Shown: one piece after another, positions 18,230-26,747 of the stretch
Position numbering within the stretch: the stretch's first letter is position 1
How the letters are laid out: each line of letters begins with the position of its first letter
NCBI GenBank assembly: GCA_041571435.1
Contig: JBFFUI010000025.1
Coordinates: 1 to 32,683 of the forward strand
Origin: Sulfurimonadaceae bacterium
GTDB taxonomy: Bacteria; Campylobacterota; Campylobacteria; Campylobacterales; Sulfurimonadaceae
Reading direction: 5' to 3'
DNA: 32,683 nucleotides
Made by a program: the position numbers and the translations under genes
The notes under the pieces: model-generated
What the model saw: only the letters and a program-made list of their open reading frames with translations
Databases searched by the model: none
What the model was told of the DNA's origin: nothing

Positions 18230-20074
18230 CTACACCTTCGGAATCGTTATGACGAACTCTGCCCCGCTGAGATTTAGACCATTGTATACGTACTCAACAT
18301 TATGAACAGAGACGGTACCCCCGAAGTGTTCTGTGATGATCCTGTAGGCAATATAGAGTCCAAGACCGGTCCCCTTTGATTTGTACTTCGTCGTGTAGTA
18401 GGGTTCAAAGACTTTTGAGATGATCTCCTCATCGATCCCGCCGCCGGAGTCTTTTAGGCGGATGACAACACTGTCGCTGCCGCACGTGACCTCTGTAAAA
18501 AAGTACCGATGCTGCGATTGCTTCTCCATAATGACATCGATGGCATTGTTATAGATGTTGAGCAGGGATTGGATCAAAAGACTTTCGTTGTAGGTGACCG
18601 TGCACGCTTCTGTCAGAACAACCATCTCAATCTTGCTGTTTGCAAAGAGATCCTTCGTCAGTTCGTTCAACTTTTTGATTGCATCATTAATCTCAAACGG
18701 TGCGATATTCTCGATGTTGGCATTGAAAAAGCTTCGGAAATCATCAATGGTCTGCGAAAGGTATTGGGTCTGTCGGTTAATATCTTCGGTGATCTGAAGC
18801 AGATCGTCTCTGTTCATCGTCTTCTCCAGAAGGAGACCCGTCTCGATTTTTACGACGTTGAGCGATATGATGTTCAGAGGCTGTCGCCACTGGTGCGCAA
18901 TGTTGCTTAACATCTCGCCGACTGCAGCTATCTTTGACTGCTCTATGATCACTCTGTTCTGTTTTTCGATCTCCGCGTTTTGACGGTTGATCTCCTCCTT
19001 AAGACCATGTTTGGTGAGAAGCCAACGCTTTCTAAAACTGACAAAAAGAAGGCTCGAACCCAGACTCACCATGAACAGAACCGCAATAAGAGCGGCATTG
19101 AATATCTCGTCATAACGGAGTCTGAACGCCACCTCATCCGGATGGTTCTCCTTGTAGATAAAGCTGTCGAGATCGATATCTTTTGTAACAAGTCCCAGCA
19201 CTTTGTAAACTTTCACAATATCCTCGATCTGGCCCCTGTCGAGATAACCGAGCTTACCGTCGTCTTTATACGCGATCCGTTTTAAGGCCTCACCCTCTTT
19301 AATAAGCTGGATAAGTGTCCTGTTTTGCGTGTTGTAGTGTGCATAAATCAGCTCGGCAGTTTCAGTGATGTTGTCGAATGCATATTTCCATCCTCTCATC
19401 GTGGCTTCGTAAAAGTCTTTGGTCAGTTTCGGGTTCGCTTTGATAAATGCAGAAGAGGAGAAAAGGATATCACTGTAAAAATAAAATCCGAAATCCTGAG
19501 GATCAAAGACTTTATAGCCAACACCTCTTTCCGCCATCCTGATCGGTTCATTAGAGACATACGATGCCATGGCATCGACCTTTTTATCGATCAGGTCATC
19601 GATATTGAAACTGTGCGGCACGATCTCTACATCATTTTCACTCAGACCGTTCGCGGAGAGCATCGCCATTATAGAAGCGGTATCTTTTGCATCCTTGGTC
19701 ATCATGATCCGTCTGTTTTTCAGATCTTTGACCGAAGCAATATGGGTATCGTCACGCACCAACAGCACAAGTGGCGACTCTTGGAAGATAGCGCCTAACG
19801 CTACAACGTCCCGGCCCTTGATCTTGTCCATGATCAACGAAGAACGGCCGACAGCAAAGTCCGCTTTGCCCTTTTCGATAACGGTTGAAAGGTCGGTGTT
19901 AAAATCGAACTCTCTGATATCGACATCGATACCGACATCTCGGTAGTAGCCGTGCTCTTTTGCGACATAGTAGCCGGCAAACTGGAACTGATTCAGCCAG
20001 CTGAGCTGAACGACCACCTTTTGCGCAGCAAACAATGATACCGACAAGAACAACAGTACGGTTAACTTTTTCAT
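18230..20074 (-). CDS. Sensor histidine kinase with periplasmic NMT1/THI5-like binding domain
   Basis: Signal peptide; QLSWLNQFQFAGYYVAKEHGYY NMT1-type start; one TM helix; H-box IAHQWRQPL; N-box NIYNNAID; DSGGG and GTGLGLY. Confidence 0.92.
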   Translation of the reverse strand: MKKLTVLLFLSVSLFAAQKVVVQLSWLNQFQFAGYYVAKEHGYYRDVGIDVDIREFDFNTDLSTVIEKGKADFAVGRSSLIMDKIKGRDVVALGAIFQESPLVLLVRDDTHIASVKDLKNRRIMMTKDAKDTASIMAMLSANGLSENDVEIVPHSFNIDDLIDKKVDAMASYVSNEPIRMAERGVGYKVFDPQDFGFYFYSDILFSSSAFIKANPKLTKDFYEATMRGWKYAFDNITETAELIYAHYNTQNRTLIQLIKEGEALKRIAYKDDGKLGYLDRGQIEDIVKVYKVLGLVTKDIDLDSFIYKENHPDEVAFRLRYDEIFNAALIAVLFMVSLGSSLLFVSFRKRWLLTKHGLKEEINRQNAEIEKQNRVIIEQSKIAAVGEMLSNIAHQWRQPLNIISLNVVKIETGLLLEKTMNRDDLLQITEDINRQTQYLSQTIDDFRSFFNANIENIAPFEINDAIKKLNELTKDLFANSKIEMVVLTEACTVTYNESLLIQSLLNIYNNAIDVIMEKQSQHRYFFTEVTCGSDSVVIRLKDSGGGIDEEIISKVFEPYYTTKYKSKGTGLGLYIAYRIITEHFGGTVSVHNVEYVYNGLNLSGAEFVITIPKV

Positions 20075-20147
20075 ATGACAGCTATTATACTTTCCCTCTA
20101 CAGGTAATCCGCTTGGTGAACCTGCCTTTGGATCATCTAATCTCTTG

Positions 20148-21014
20148 TTAAGAGATGCTCCCTTTGACTTTCACGAACAGTTTTTCTATGCCTAAGACGG
20201 CTGTCCCGATGACCAGGCCCGCCAAAAGCTCTGCCAATAAGCTTGGCAGCGCATGCAGTGCCTCATGGAGCTGATGGACGTTGTGGACAAAGATGCCGCC
20301 TGCCACCAAAAGCATCGCCAGGGTCCCCACAACGGTTAATACCCTGATCACTTTGGGAAGGGCCACGACCAGGACCTCTCCGACGGCCTTCATGGGACTG
20401 TTTTTTCCTTCTGCCATCTCGATCAGTTTAAAACCCGTGTCGTCCATTCTCACCAGCATAGCGACAAATCCATAGACACCGATGGTCGCGATAAACGCTA
20501 CAAACGACACAACGATGACCTGTATCGGAAGCGACTTCTCTACTACCGTTCCCAGCGCAATGATGATGATCTCAGCCGAAAGAATAAAGTCGGTCACTAT
20601 GGCGGACTTAATCTTCTTCGCTTCAACCTCAAGTATTTCCTCTTTCGAAAGAGAACGCTGTTCTTGTACGACAGGCGGATGAGGAACGAAATAGTCATAG
20701 ACCTTTTCGGCTCCCTCAAATGCCAGGTAGAGCCCGCCGACCATCAAAATAGGGACAATGCTCCACGGTGCAAAGGCACTCAACAAAAAAGCGATTGGCA
20801 AGATGATGAGCTTGTTGCGGAACGAGCCTTTGGTAATAGCCCATAAAACAGGGAGCTCTCTCGAAGAGGCAAAACCCGATGCCTTCTCCGCACCGACGGC
20901 CAGGTCATCGCCCAGTACCCCTGCTGTTTTTTTGGTGGCGATCTTGCTCATCGCTGCTGCATCGTCCAATAGCATTGCGATGTCGTCAAAAACTGCGAAA
21001 AACCCTGCTGTCAT
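20148..21014 (-). CDS. yedI: DUF808 (YedI) inner membrane protein
   Basis: DDIA.LLDD, TKKTAGVLGDDLA, RELPVLWAI.KGS, TDFILSAEII and MDDTG motifs. Confidence 0.85.
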   Translation of the reverse strand: MTAGFFAVFDDIAMLLDDAAAMSKIATKKTAGVLGDDLAVGAEKASGFASSRELPVLWAITKGSFRNKLIILPIAFLLSAFAPWSIVPILMVGGLYLAFEGAEKVYDYFVPHPPVVQEQRSLSKEEILEVEAKKIKSAIVTDFILSAEIIIIALGTVVEKSLPIQVIVVSFVAFIATIGVYGFVAMLVRMDDTGFKLIEMAEGKNSPMKAVGEVLVVALPKVIRVLTVVGTLAMLLVAGGIFVHNVHQLHEALHALPSLLAELLAGLVIGTAVLGIEKLFVKVKGSIS

Positions 21015-21120
21015 CTCTGTTCCTTCTGTTTCTGTGGTGCCGTTCTACCGAACGGTTTGAACATATCTTATGGTAAAAAACCGTTCAGGTGTCAACTTTT
21101 TTGTCAATTATAACAGATGT

Positions 21121-22065
21121 TTACCAGCGCTCATTTTGCCACACCTTCTGCTGTGATGGGCTCAAGAATGTCCATGCTACGAACCGTGTCACTTTCTGTC
21201 CCTGTTTCATCTCGATGGTCCGTACCTCGGCAGGATTGAACTGTTTGAGCGCTTTATAGATTGCCGGAAGGTTCTCTTTTTTCGAGACAAGTGTCGTAAA
21301 CCAAAAGACCTTTTTGGCATGGACTACGCTCTGTCTGATCATCTTTTTTATAAAAGCGACCTCCCCGCCCGGGCACCAAAGCTCATTGGACTGCCCGCCG
21401 AAATTCAGTCGCTCTCTCATGTCTTTGTTTGTGCCGAGGTTCCGGTTTTTGCGTGCGGTACCGCTGCTTGCCTCTTGCGGCGAACGGTGAAAAGGCGGGT
21501 TGCATAGGGTGAAGTCAAAACGATCCTCTTTGCCGATGATCCCGGTAAAGATGTTGTCGGGATTGGTCTGTTCTCTTATCTCTATCCTGCCTTGAAGCAC
21601 GCTGTTGTTCTCAACCAGGGACACGGCCGACTTGATGGAGACCTTGTCAATGTCCGAACCGACAAAACGCCAACCGTAGACCCTGCTGCCGACGATAGGA
21701 TAGATGCAGTTGGCACCGACGCCGATATCCAGTCCTACTATCTTCTCACCGACCGGTATTTCACCGCCGTTGACCAAAGCCAAGAGGTCTGCAAGGTAGT
21801 GGATATAGTCCGCCCTGCCCGGTATCGGCGGGCAGAGGTAGTTCTCGGGGATCGTCCACTTTGAGACACTGTAAAAATGCGAGAGCAACGCTTTGTTCAG
21901 CATCAAAACCGCTTGAGGATCTGCAAAATCGATAGAGAGGTCGCCGTAGCTGTTTGCACTCACTAACGGGGCGAGTTTCGGTTCGCTCTTTATCAGCAGA
22001 TCGAAGTCATAACGTGCATTGTGCAGGTTGCGCGGGTGCAGCCCTTTGGCGGTTTTTCGCATCAT
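21121..22065 (-). CDS. rlmF: 23S rRNA (adenine1618-N6)-methyltransferase RlmF
   Basis: [43 protein letters not shown] and [12 protein letters not shown] motifs. Confidence 0.96.
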   Translation of the reverse strand: MMRKTAKGLHPRNLHNARYDFDLLIKSEPKLAPLVSANSYGDLSIDFADPQAVLMLNKALLSHFYSVSKWTIPENYLCPPIPGRADYIHYLADLLALVNGGEIPVGEKIVGLDIGVGANCIYPIVGSRVYGWRFVGSDIDKVSIKSAVSLVENNSVLQGRIEIREQTNPDNIFTGIIGKEDRFDFTLCNPPFHRSPQEASSGTARKNRNLGTNKDMRERLNFGGQSNELWCPGGEVAFIKKMIRQSVVHAKKVFWFTTLVSKKENLPAIYKALKQFNPAEVRTIEMKQGQKVTRFVAWTFLSPSQQKVWQNERW

Positions 22066-22190
22066 GCTCTCTTAAATGTTTTCATCATTATACAAGGATT
22101 TCAGAGTTTATTGGGCTATTGTATTGCTATACTATTGCTATATTCCGAGCGTATAATGGACAAGAAAGAATATTTCAGGAGGCAGGAAAG

Positions 22191-22550
22191 ATGCATACAA
22201 ATTCACTTATCGACATATTCAGAGACCACGTTGTCAACCGAAAAAGCCTCAAGGATTATGTTGAGATCAGAAAAGACATCCATGAACGCGGCGAGTTTAA
22301 CGACGCCTCGCTTCTGCGGGCCGAAGAGCTTCTGCAGTGTGTCAAAACAGTGGACAGCGAGAGCTATGAAAGCCTCTATAAGACACTTAACGAGATCATC
22401 AGGCTTGACACCGGAAACGCGGTCGAGTATCCGATCGACTTTGTCAGAGAGATACTTAAGATCGGCAAAAACGGCATGACGGCCAGAGAGGTGGCCGAGG
22501 AGTACAGACGCACGCTTGACCACCATTTCCACGCTTTTAAACACGAATAG
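22191..22550 (+). CDS. Hypothetical protein (119 aa)
   Basis: Start re-called at ATG 22191 behind AGGAGGCAGGAAAG; helical, charged composition; His-rich end HHFHAFKHE. Confidence 0.7.
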   Translation: MHTNSLIDIFRDHVVNRKSLKDYVEIRKDIHERGEFNDASLLRAEELLQCVKTVDSESYESLYKTLNEIIRLDTGNAVEYPIDFVREILKIGKNGMTAREVAEEYRRTLDHHFHAFKHE

Positions 22551-22585
22551 AGAAACGCCTCCCGCAGACGGGGTTTGACACGCGC

Positions 22586-22591
22586 TATAAT
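22586..22591 (+). promoter_or_regulatory. -10 box 5 nt upstream of the hrpB ATG; probable leaderless promoter
   Basis: TATAAT-ACGGC-ATG; no SD. Confidence 0.6.
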
Positions 22592-22596
22592 ACGGC

Positions 22597-25119
22597 ATGC
22601 AAACCCTACCCATCCATCAGGTCCTACCCCAGATCACTACCGCCTTGCAGACGAACAACCGTCTTGTCCTGCAGGCACCTCCGGGCGCGGGTAAGACCAC
22701 AGCGGTACCTATTGCCCTGCTGGATAAGCCATGGCTTGAGGGCAGACAGATCATTATGCTCGAACCGCGACGCCTAGCAGCCAGAAACGCTGCAGCACGC
22801 ATGGCAGAGCTGCAGGGAGAAAAGGTCGGCGAGACCGTCGGCTTTCAGATCCGTGCTGAGCGATGTGTCGGAAAGACGACAAAGATCATTGTCGTGACCG
22901 AAGGGATCTTGACCCGTATGCTGCAGAGCGATCCCGCTCTCGAAAATGTCGCACTGCTGATCTTTGACGAGTTTCACGAGCGAAACCTCCACGGTGACCT
23001 GGCCCTGGCCCTCAGCCTGCAGTCTCAAGAGCTCTTGCGCGACGACTTAAAGATCATGGTGATGTCCGCAACCCTGAACACGGATGCGATTGCAGACCTG
23101 CTTGATGGTGCACCCGTCATCACCAGCGAAGGGCGCAGTTTTCCTGTCGAGAACATCTACCTTCCCAACAAAACGCCGCATCCCTCACCGACGCAGCTGA
23201 GCACGCTTATCTCCAGGGTCGTAAACGATATCATCCGCAATGAGAACGGCAGTATTCTAATCTTTCTTCCCGGGGTCCGGGAGATCAAAAACGTTGAATC
23301 CAAGTTGCTGGAATCGATCAAAAAGGGTTCGGTCACCATCGCCCCGCTCTATGGCGACATGAGTAGTGAGGCCCAGGATATGGCCATCAGGCCCGCCGGA
23401 GACGGAAAGCGCAAGATCGTACTGGCGACCAACATCGCCGAAACGAGTCTGACCATTGAAGGGATCACCGTTGTCATCGATGCCGGTCTGCAGCGGGTCT
23501 CGACTTTTGACAGCGGGTCAGGCATGAACCGTCTGCACACCGTCGCTATCTCCCAGGACGCCGCCACGCAGCGAAGCGGCCGTGCGGGGCGCTTAAGTCC
23601 CGGCAGATGCTACCGTCTTTGGCATGAGCATCGTCAACTTGCACGCCACAGCGTCCCCGAGATACTGACAAGCGACCTGACGCCGATGATGCTCGAACTC
23701 GCCAACTGGGGTGTCGACAATACCGATGAATTGCACTGGCTTGACCTGCCGCCCCCCTCAGCCATAGAACATGCCCGCGATCTGTTAAGAGAGCTCGGTG
23801 CGCTGCAAGACACCACAATTACCGAACACGGCAGAGCGATGCTGTCACTGGGAACCCATCCCCGTCTGGCACAGATGATCCTCAAAGCATCGGCGCTGGA
23901 TCTTGAGGAGACCGCCTGTCAGATCGCGGCACTGCTCAGCGAAAAAGAGATCTTCACCGGCAGTGCCAGACACGCTGCCGACCTCTCTCTGAGGATCACT
24001 GCACTGCAGGAGCGCCATAATGATGATCACATCGACAGAGGTGCGTTTCAGCGTGTATTGACAACCGCTTCGGACTTCCGTAAAAAATGCCAGAGTACGC
24101 AGTCTCAACCTGCCGACAGCTCAGCGATGATCGGCATACTCCTCGGTTTCGCCTACCCTGACCGCATTGCCAAAAGCCGCGGCCTTAAAGAGAGCCGTTA
24201 CCTGCTCAGCGGCGGCAAAGGGGCCAGACTTAACGTCGAAGATGAACTTTTTGGTCACCCTTATCTTGTTGTCGCCCATCTCGATGGTGCACAAACCGAT
24301 GCCCGCATATTCACTGCAGCCCCCATCACCGAAGAACAGATCGAAACGTACTTTAGCGACCGGATCATCAAAGAGCGGTTGACAAAGTGGAACGACACAA
24401 CAGAGCGCGTCGAGGCGAGAGAGATCACCCGACTCGGTGCGATCACACTGACGGAGCGGCCGGTGCAGAACATCGACAGTGCCGATCTCGCCAGGGCACT
24501 GCTCGGTGCAATCAGAGAAAAGGGGCTTGAAGCCCTCTCCTGGTCGCAGCAGGCGCGCACCTTGCGACAACGCGTGGGCTTTTTAAACCACTGGAGGGAA
24601 AAAGAGCCCCCTACCGCCAGGACCATCGGCACACTGCCCGATCTTAGTGACAGCTGGCTGCTTGAGCACCTTGAACAGTGGCTTCTGCCTCATCTTGAAG
24701 GGGTCAAAAGCTTTAAAGCGTGTCATAAACTCGATCTCTATCCGATGCTTCTGAGTCTGCTCAGCTGGGAGCAACAACAGCGTATCGACACACTGGCGCC
24801 TCCGAAACTAAAGGTGCCGAGCGGCTCCACTATTGCCCTCAACTACGAAGACGTTGAGGCGCCCACACTAGCGGTTCGACTGCAAGAGCTGTTCGGTATG
24901 GTCGAAACACCTACGCTGATCAACGGCTCGGTACGCATCACCCTTGCGCTTCTCTCTCCGGCCCACCGTCCGATGCAGGTGACGAAAGATCTGCGAAGCT
25001 TTTGGGAAAACACCTATGACGAGGTCAAAAAAGAGCTTCGCGGCAGATATAAAAAACACTATTGGCCGGATGATCCGTTCACGGCACAGGCAACCAACCG
25101 GACAAAAAAGAGGATGTAG
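22597..25119 (+). CDS. hrpB: ATP-dependent RNA helicase HrpB
   Basis: APPGAGKTT, EPRRLAA, DEFHER, MSAT and QRSGRAGR; C-terminal LAVRLQELFG...LLSPAHRP...DLRSFW...ELRGRY..HYWPDDP. Confidence 0.96.
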   Translation: MQTLPIHQVLPQITTALQTNNRLVLQAPPGAGKTTAVPIALLDKPWLEGRQIIMLEPRRLAARNAAARMAELQGEKVGETVGFQIRAERCVGKTTKIIVVTEGILTRMLQSDPALENVALLIFDEFHERNLHGDLALALSLQSQELLRDDLKIMVMSATLNTDAIADLLDGAPVITSEGRSFPVENIYLPNKTPHPSPTQLSTLISRVVNDIIRNENGSILIFLPGVREIKNVESKLLESIKKGSVTIAPLYGDMSSEAQDMAIRPAGDGKRKIVLATNIAETSLTIEGITVVIDAGLQRVSTFDSGSGMNRLHTVAISQDAATQRSGRAGRLSPGRCYRLWHEHRQLARHSVPEILTSDLTPMMLELANWGVDNTDELHWLDLPPPSAIEHARDLLRELGALQDTTITEHGRAMLSLGTHPRLAQMILKASALDLEETACQIAALLSEKEIFTGSARHAADLSLRITALQERHNDDHIDRGAFQRVLTTASDFRKKCQSTQSQPADSSAMIGILLGFAYPDRIAKSRGLKESRYLLSGGKGARLNVEDELFGHPYLVVAHLDGAQTDARIFTAAPITEEQIETYFSDRIIKERLTKWNDTTERVEAREITRLGAITLTERPVQNIDSADLARALLGAIREKGLEALSWSQQARTLRQRVGFLNHWREKEPPTARTIGTLPDLSDSWLLEHLEQWLLPHLEGVKSFKACHKLDLYPMLLSLLSWEQQQRIDTLAPPKLKVPSGSTIALNYEDVEAPTLAVRLQELFGMVETPTLINGSVRITLALLSPAHRPMQVTKDLRSFWENTYDEVKKELRGRYKKHYWPDDPFTAQATNRTKKRM

Positions 25120-25184
25120 GCCGTATCCGGTCTGCCCATCTGTAAAAGAGCTTCTTCTTTAAACGCAATTAAGTTCCACTTCGA

Positions 25185-25190
25185 TATAAT
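25185..25190 (+). promoter_or_regulatory. -10 box of the rpsF-ssb-rpsR operon
   Basis: Perfect TATAAT about 106 nt upstream of rpsF. Confidence 0.6.
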
Positions 25191-25196
25191 CACGCG

Positions 25197-25296
25197 TTCC
25201 TTACTCTTTGTGCAAAAGCATAACGTTTAAGCATATGACTGATCAATCCACTGATCTCGATCCATAAGGGACCAAAACCAAAAGGAGAAATACGCT
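25197..25296 (+). promoter_or_regulatory. Structured 5' leader of rpsF, candidate S6:S18 autoregulatory element
   Basis: TTCCTTA (25197-25203) pairs with TAAGGGA (25265-25271) and encloses a GATCA/TGATC hairpin. CCA motifs and the AAGGAG SD follow. Confidence 0.45.
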
Positions 25297-25716
25297 ATGA
25301 GACATTACGAAAACCTTGTAATCGTTAAACCAACACTAACTGAAGAAGAGACAAAAGCTTCAATCGCAGCTATCGAAGAAGTTCTTACTTCTAACGGTGC
25401 TGAGATCGTTGCACGTGACGAAATGGGTACTAAAAAACTAGCTTACCCTATCGCTAAGAACGAACGTGGTTATTTCCATGTTGTTTATTACACAATGGCA
25501 CCATCTTCAATCGCTGAAGTCGAACGTCGTTTCCGTATCAACGAAGACCTTCTTCGTTTCGTTACGATCAAATACGATTCTAAACGTGAAGTAACTGCCT
25601 GGAAAGACCTGGTTGCTAAAACTGAAAAGAAAGCAGCAGCTAAGACTGAAGCTCCGGCAGAAGAAGCTCCGGCTACAGAAGCGCCAGCAGCAACAGAAGC
25701 TCCGGCAGCTGAATAA
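25297..25716 (+). CDS. rpsF: 30S ribosomal protein S6
   Basis: MRHYE, MGTKKLAYPI.KNERGY and INEDLLRF motifs. Confidence 0.98.
   Translation: MRHYENLVIVKPTLTEEETKASIAAIEEVLTSNGAEIVARDEMGTKKLAYPIAKNERGYFHVVYYTMAPSSIAEVERRFRINEDLLRFVTIKYDSKREVTAWKDLVAKTEKKAAAKTEAPAEEAPATEAPAATEAPAAE
25648..25706 (+). repeat. Short coding repeats (EAPA x4) in the S6 C-terminal tail
   Basis: GAAGCTCCGGC at 25648, 25663 and 25696; variant GAAGCGCCAGC at 25678. Confidence 0.8.
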
Positions 25717-25732
25717 GTAAAGGAAAGCCCAG

Positions 25733-26290
25733 ATGTACAATAAAGTCGTCCTTGTAGGAAACCTGACACGTGATATTGAACTACGCTATAGCCAATCCGG
25801 TATGGCAATCGCCAAAACTGCGATCGCAACTAGTCGTAAGTTTACTACCAACGGCGAGAAGAAAGAGGAGGTCATGTTTATTGACATTACTTTTTTCGGA
25901 CGCTCTGCCGAGGTAGCGAATCAATATCTTCGTAAAGGTTCGAAAATCCTAGTTGAAGGGCGTCTTCAATTTGACCAATGGGTTGACCAGAATGGTGGTA
26001 AACGTTCTAAACACTCTGTTGCCGTTGAGACAATGCAGATGTTAGACTCTAAAGGGGAGAACCAAAATGGCAGTGCCCCTCAGAGCAACTACAATGCACC
26101 GCAGCAACAGCAACCGCAGGGTGGTTACGGACAGCCGCAACAGCAGCAGTCTCAATCTTCATACAATGCGCCGCAGCAGCAGTACCAGCAGCCGTCATAC
26201 GGACAGCCGCAACAGCAGCAGGCACCGAAGCAGAACATGCCGGCAGACCTTCCGTCTATCGACATCGATGAAGATGAGATTCCATTTTAG
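25733..26290 (+). CDS. ssb: Single-stranded DNA-binding protein
   Basis: NKVVLVGNLTRD.ELRY OB fold; acidic tip DIDEDEIPF. Confidence 0.98.
   Translation: MYNKVVLVGNLTRDIELRYSQSGMAIAKTAIATSRKFTTNGEKKEEVMFIDITFFGRSAEVANQYLRKGSKILVEGRLQFDQWVDQNGGKRSKHSVAVETMQMLDSKGENQNGSAPQSNYNAPQQQQPQGGYGQPQQQQSQSSYNAPQQQYQQPSYGQPQQQQAPKQNMPADLPSIDIDEDEIPF
26090..26221 (+). repeat. 72-bp-period tandem duplication in the SSB linker
   Basis: TACAATGC at 26090 and 26162; identical 24-mer TACGGACAGCCGCAACAGCAGCAG at 26126 and 26198. Confidence 0.85.
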
Positions 26291-26337
26291 AGTGAAGCCC
26301 ACTCTTAAACAAGTAATAAACGCATAAGGATTTAATT

Positions 26338-26601
26338 ATGGCTGAAAGAAGAAAATACAAAAAACGTTATTGTAAATACTGTGAAGCAAAAGTTGACTTC
26401 ATTGATTACAAAGATGCAGGTTCATTGAGATTCTCTCTCTCTGAGCGTTACAAGATCATGCCACGTCGTTTGACAGGTAACTGTAAACGTCACCAAGAGA
26501 TGGTGACTACAGCTATCAAACGTTCTCGTGCAGCAGCGATCATCCCTTACACTGTTACACGTAAAGCGGTTGTAAACAACCCTTTCGAAAACATCAAGTA
26601 A
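26338..26601 (+). CDS. rpsR: 30S ribosomal protein S18 (Zn-binding C+ form)
   Basis: CKYC...IDYKD...[18 protein letters not shown]. Confidence 0.98.
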   Translation: MAERRKYKKRYCKYCEAKVDFIDYKDAGSLRFSLSERYKIMPRRLTGNCKRHQEMVTTAIKRSRAAAIIPYTVTRKAVVNNPFENIK

Positions 26602-26607
26602 GACCCC

Positions 26608-26634
26608 TGGCGAAGCTTAAGCTTCGCTACTTTC
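26608..26634 (+). terminator. Terminator of the rpsF operon
   Basis: Perfect palindrome GCGAAGCTTAAGCTTCGC (26610-26627) followed by TACTTT. Confidence 0.65.
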
Positions 26635-26747
26635 CACACAACCAAACACCCCTCTACTGAGACTGACCTTACTGTCTATTTATAAGACAAACGACCCCTT
26701 TACATGCAAAGTTCTTTATGCTAATATGGTTACATAAGGAGATTGGG

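Noticed and set aside
17985..18305. 106-aa plus-strand ORF
   Set aside because: No SD, antisense-like composition and overlap with the kinase 3' end; the opposite frame looks more protein-like.
22575..22580. TTGACA upstream of hrpB as a -35 box
   Set aside because: It is only 5 nt from the TATAAT, incompatible with about 17-nt spacing.
21954..22613. Overlapping alternative ORFs (21954 extension, 22021..22479, 22203..22613)
   Set aside because: They overlap rlmF, hrpB or the better-supported 22191..22550 gene, which has the strong SD.
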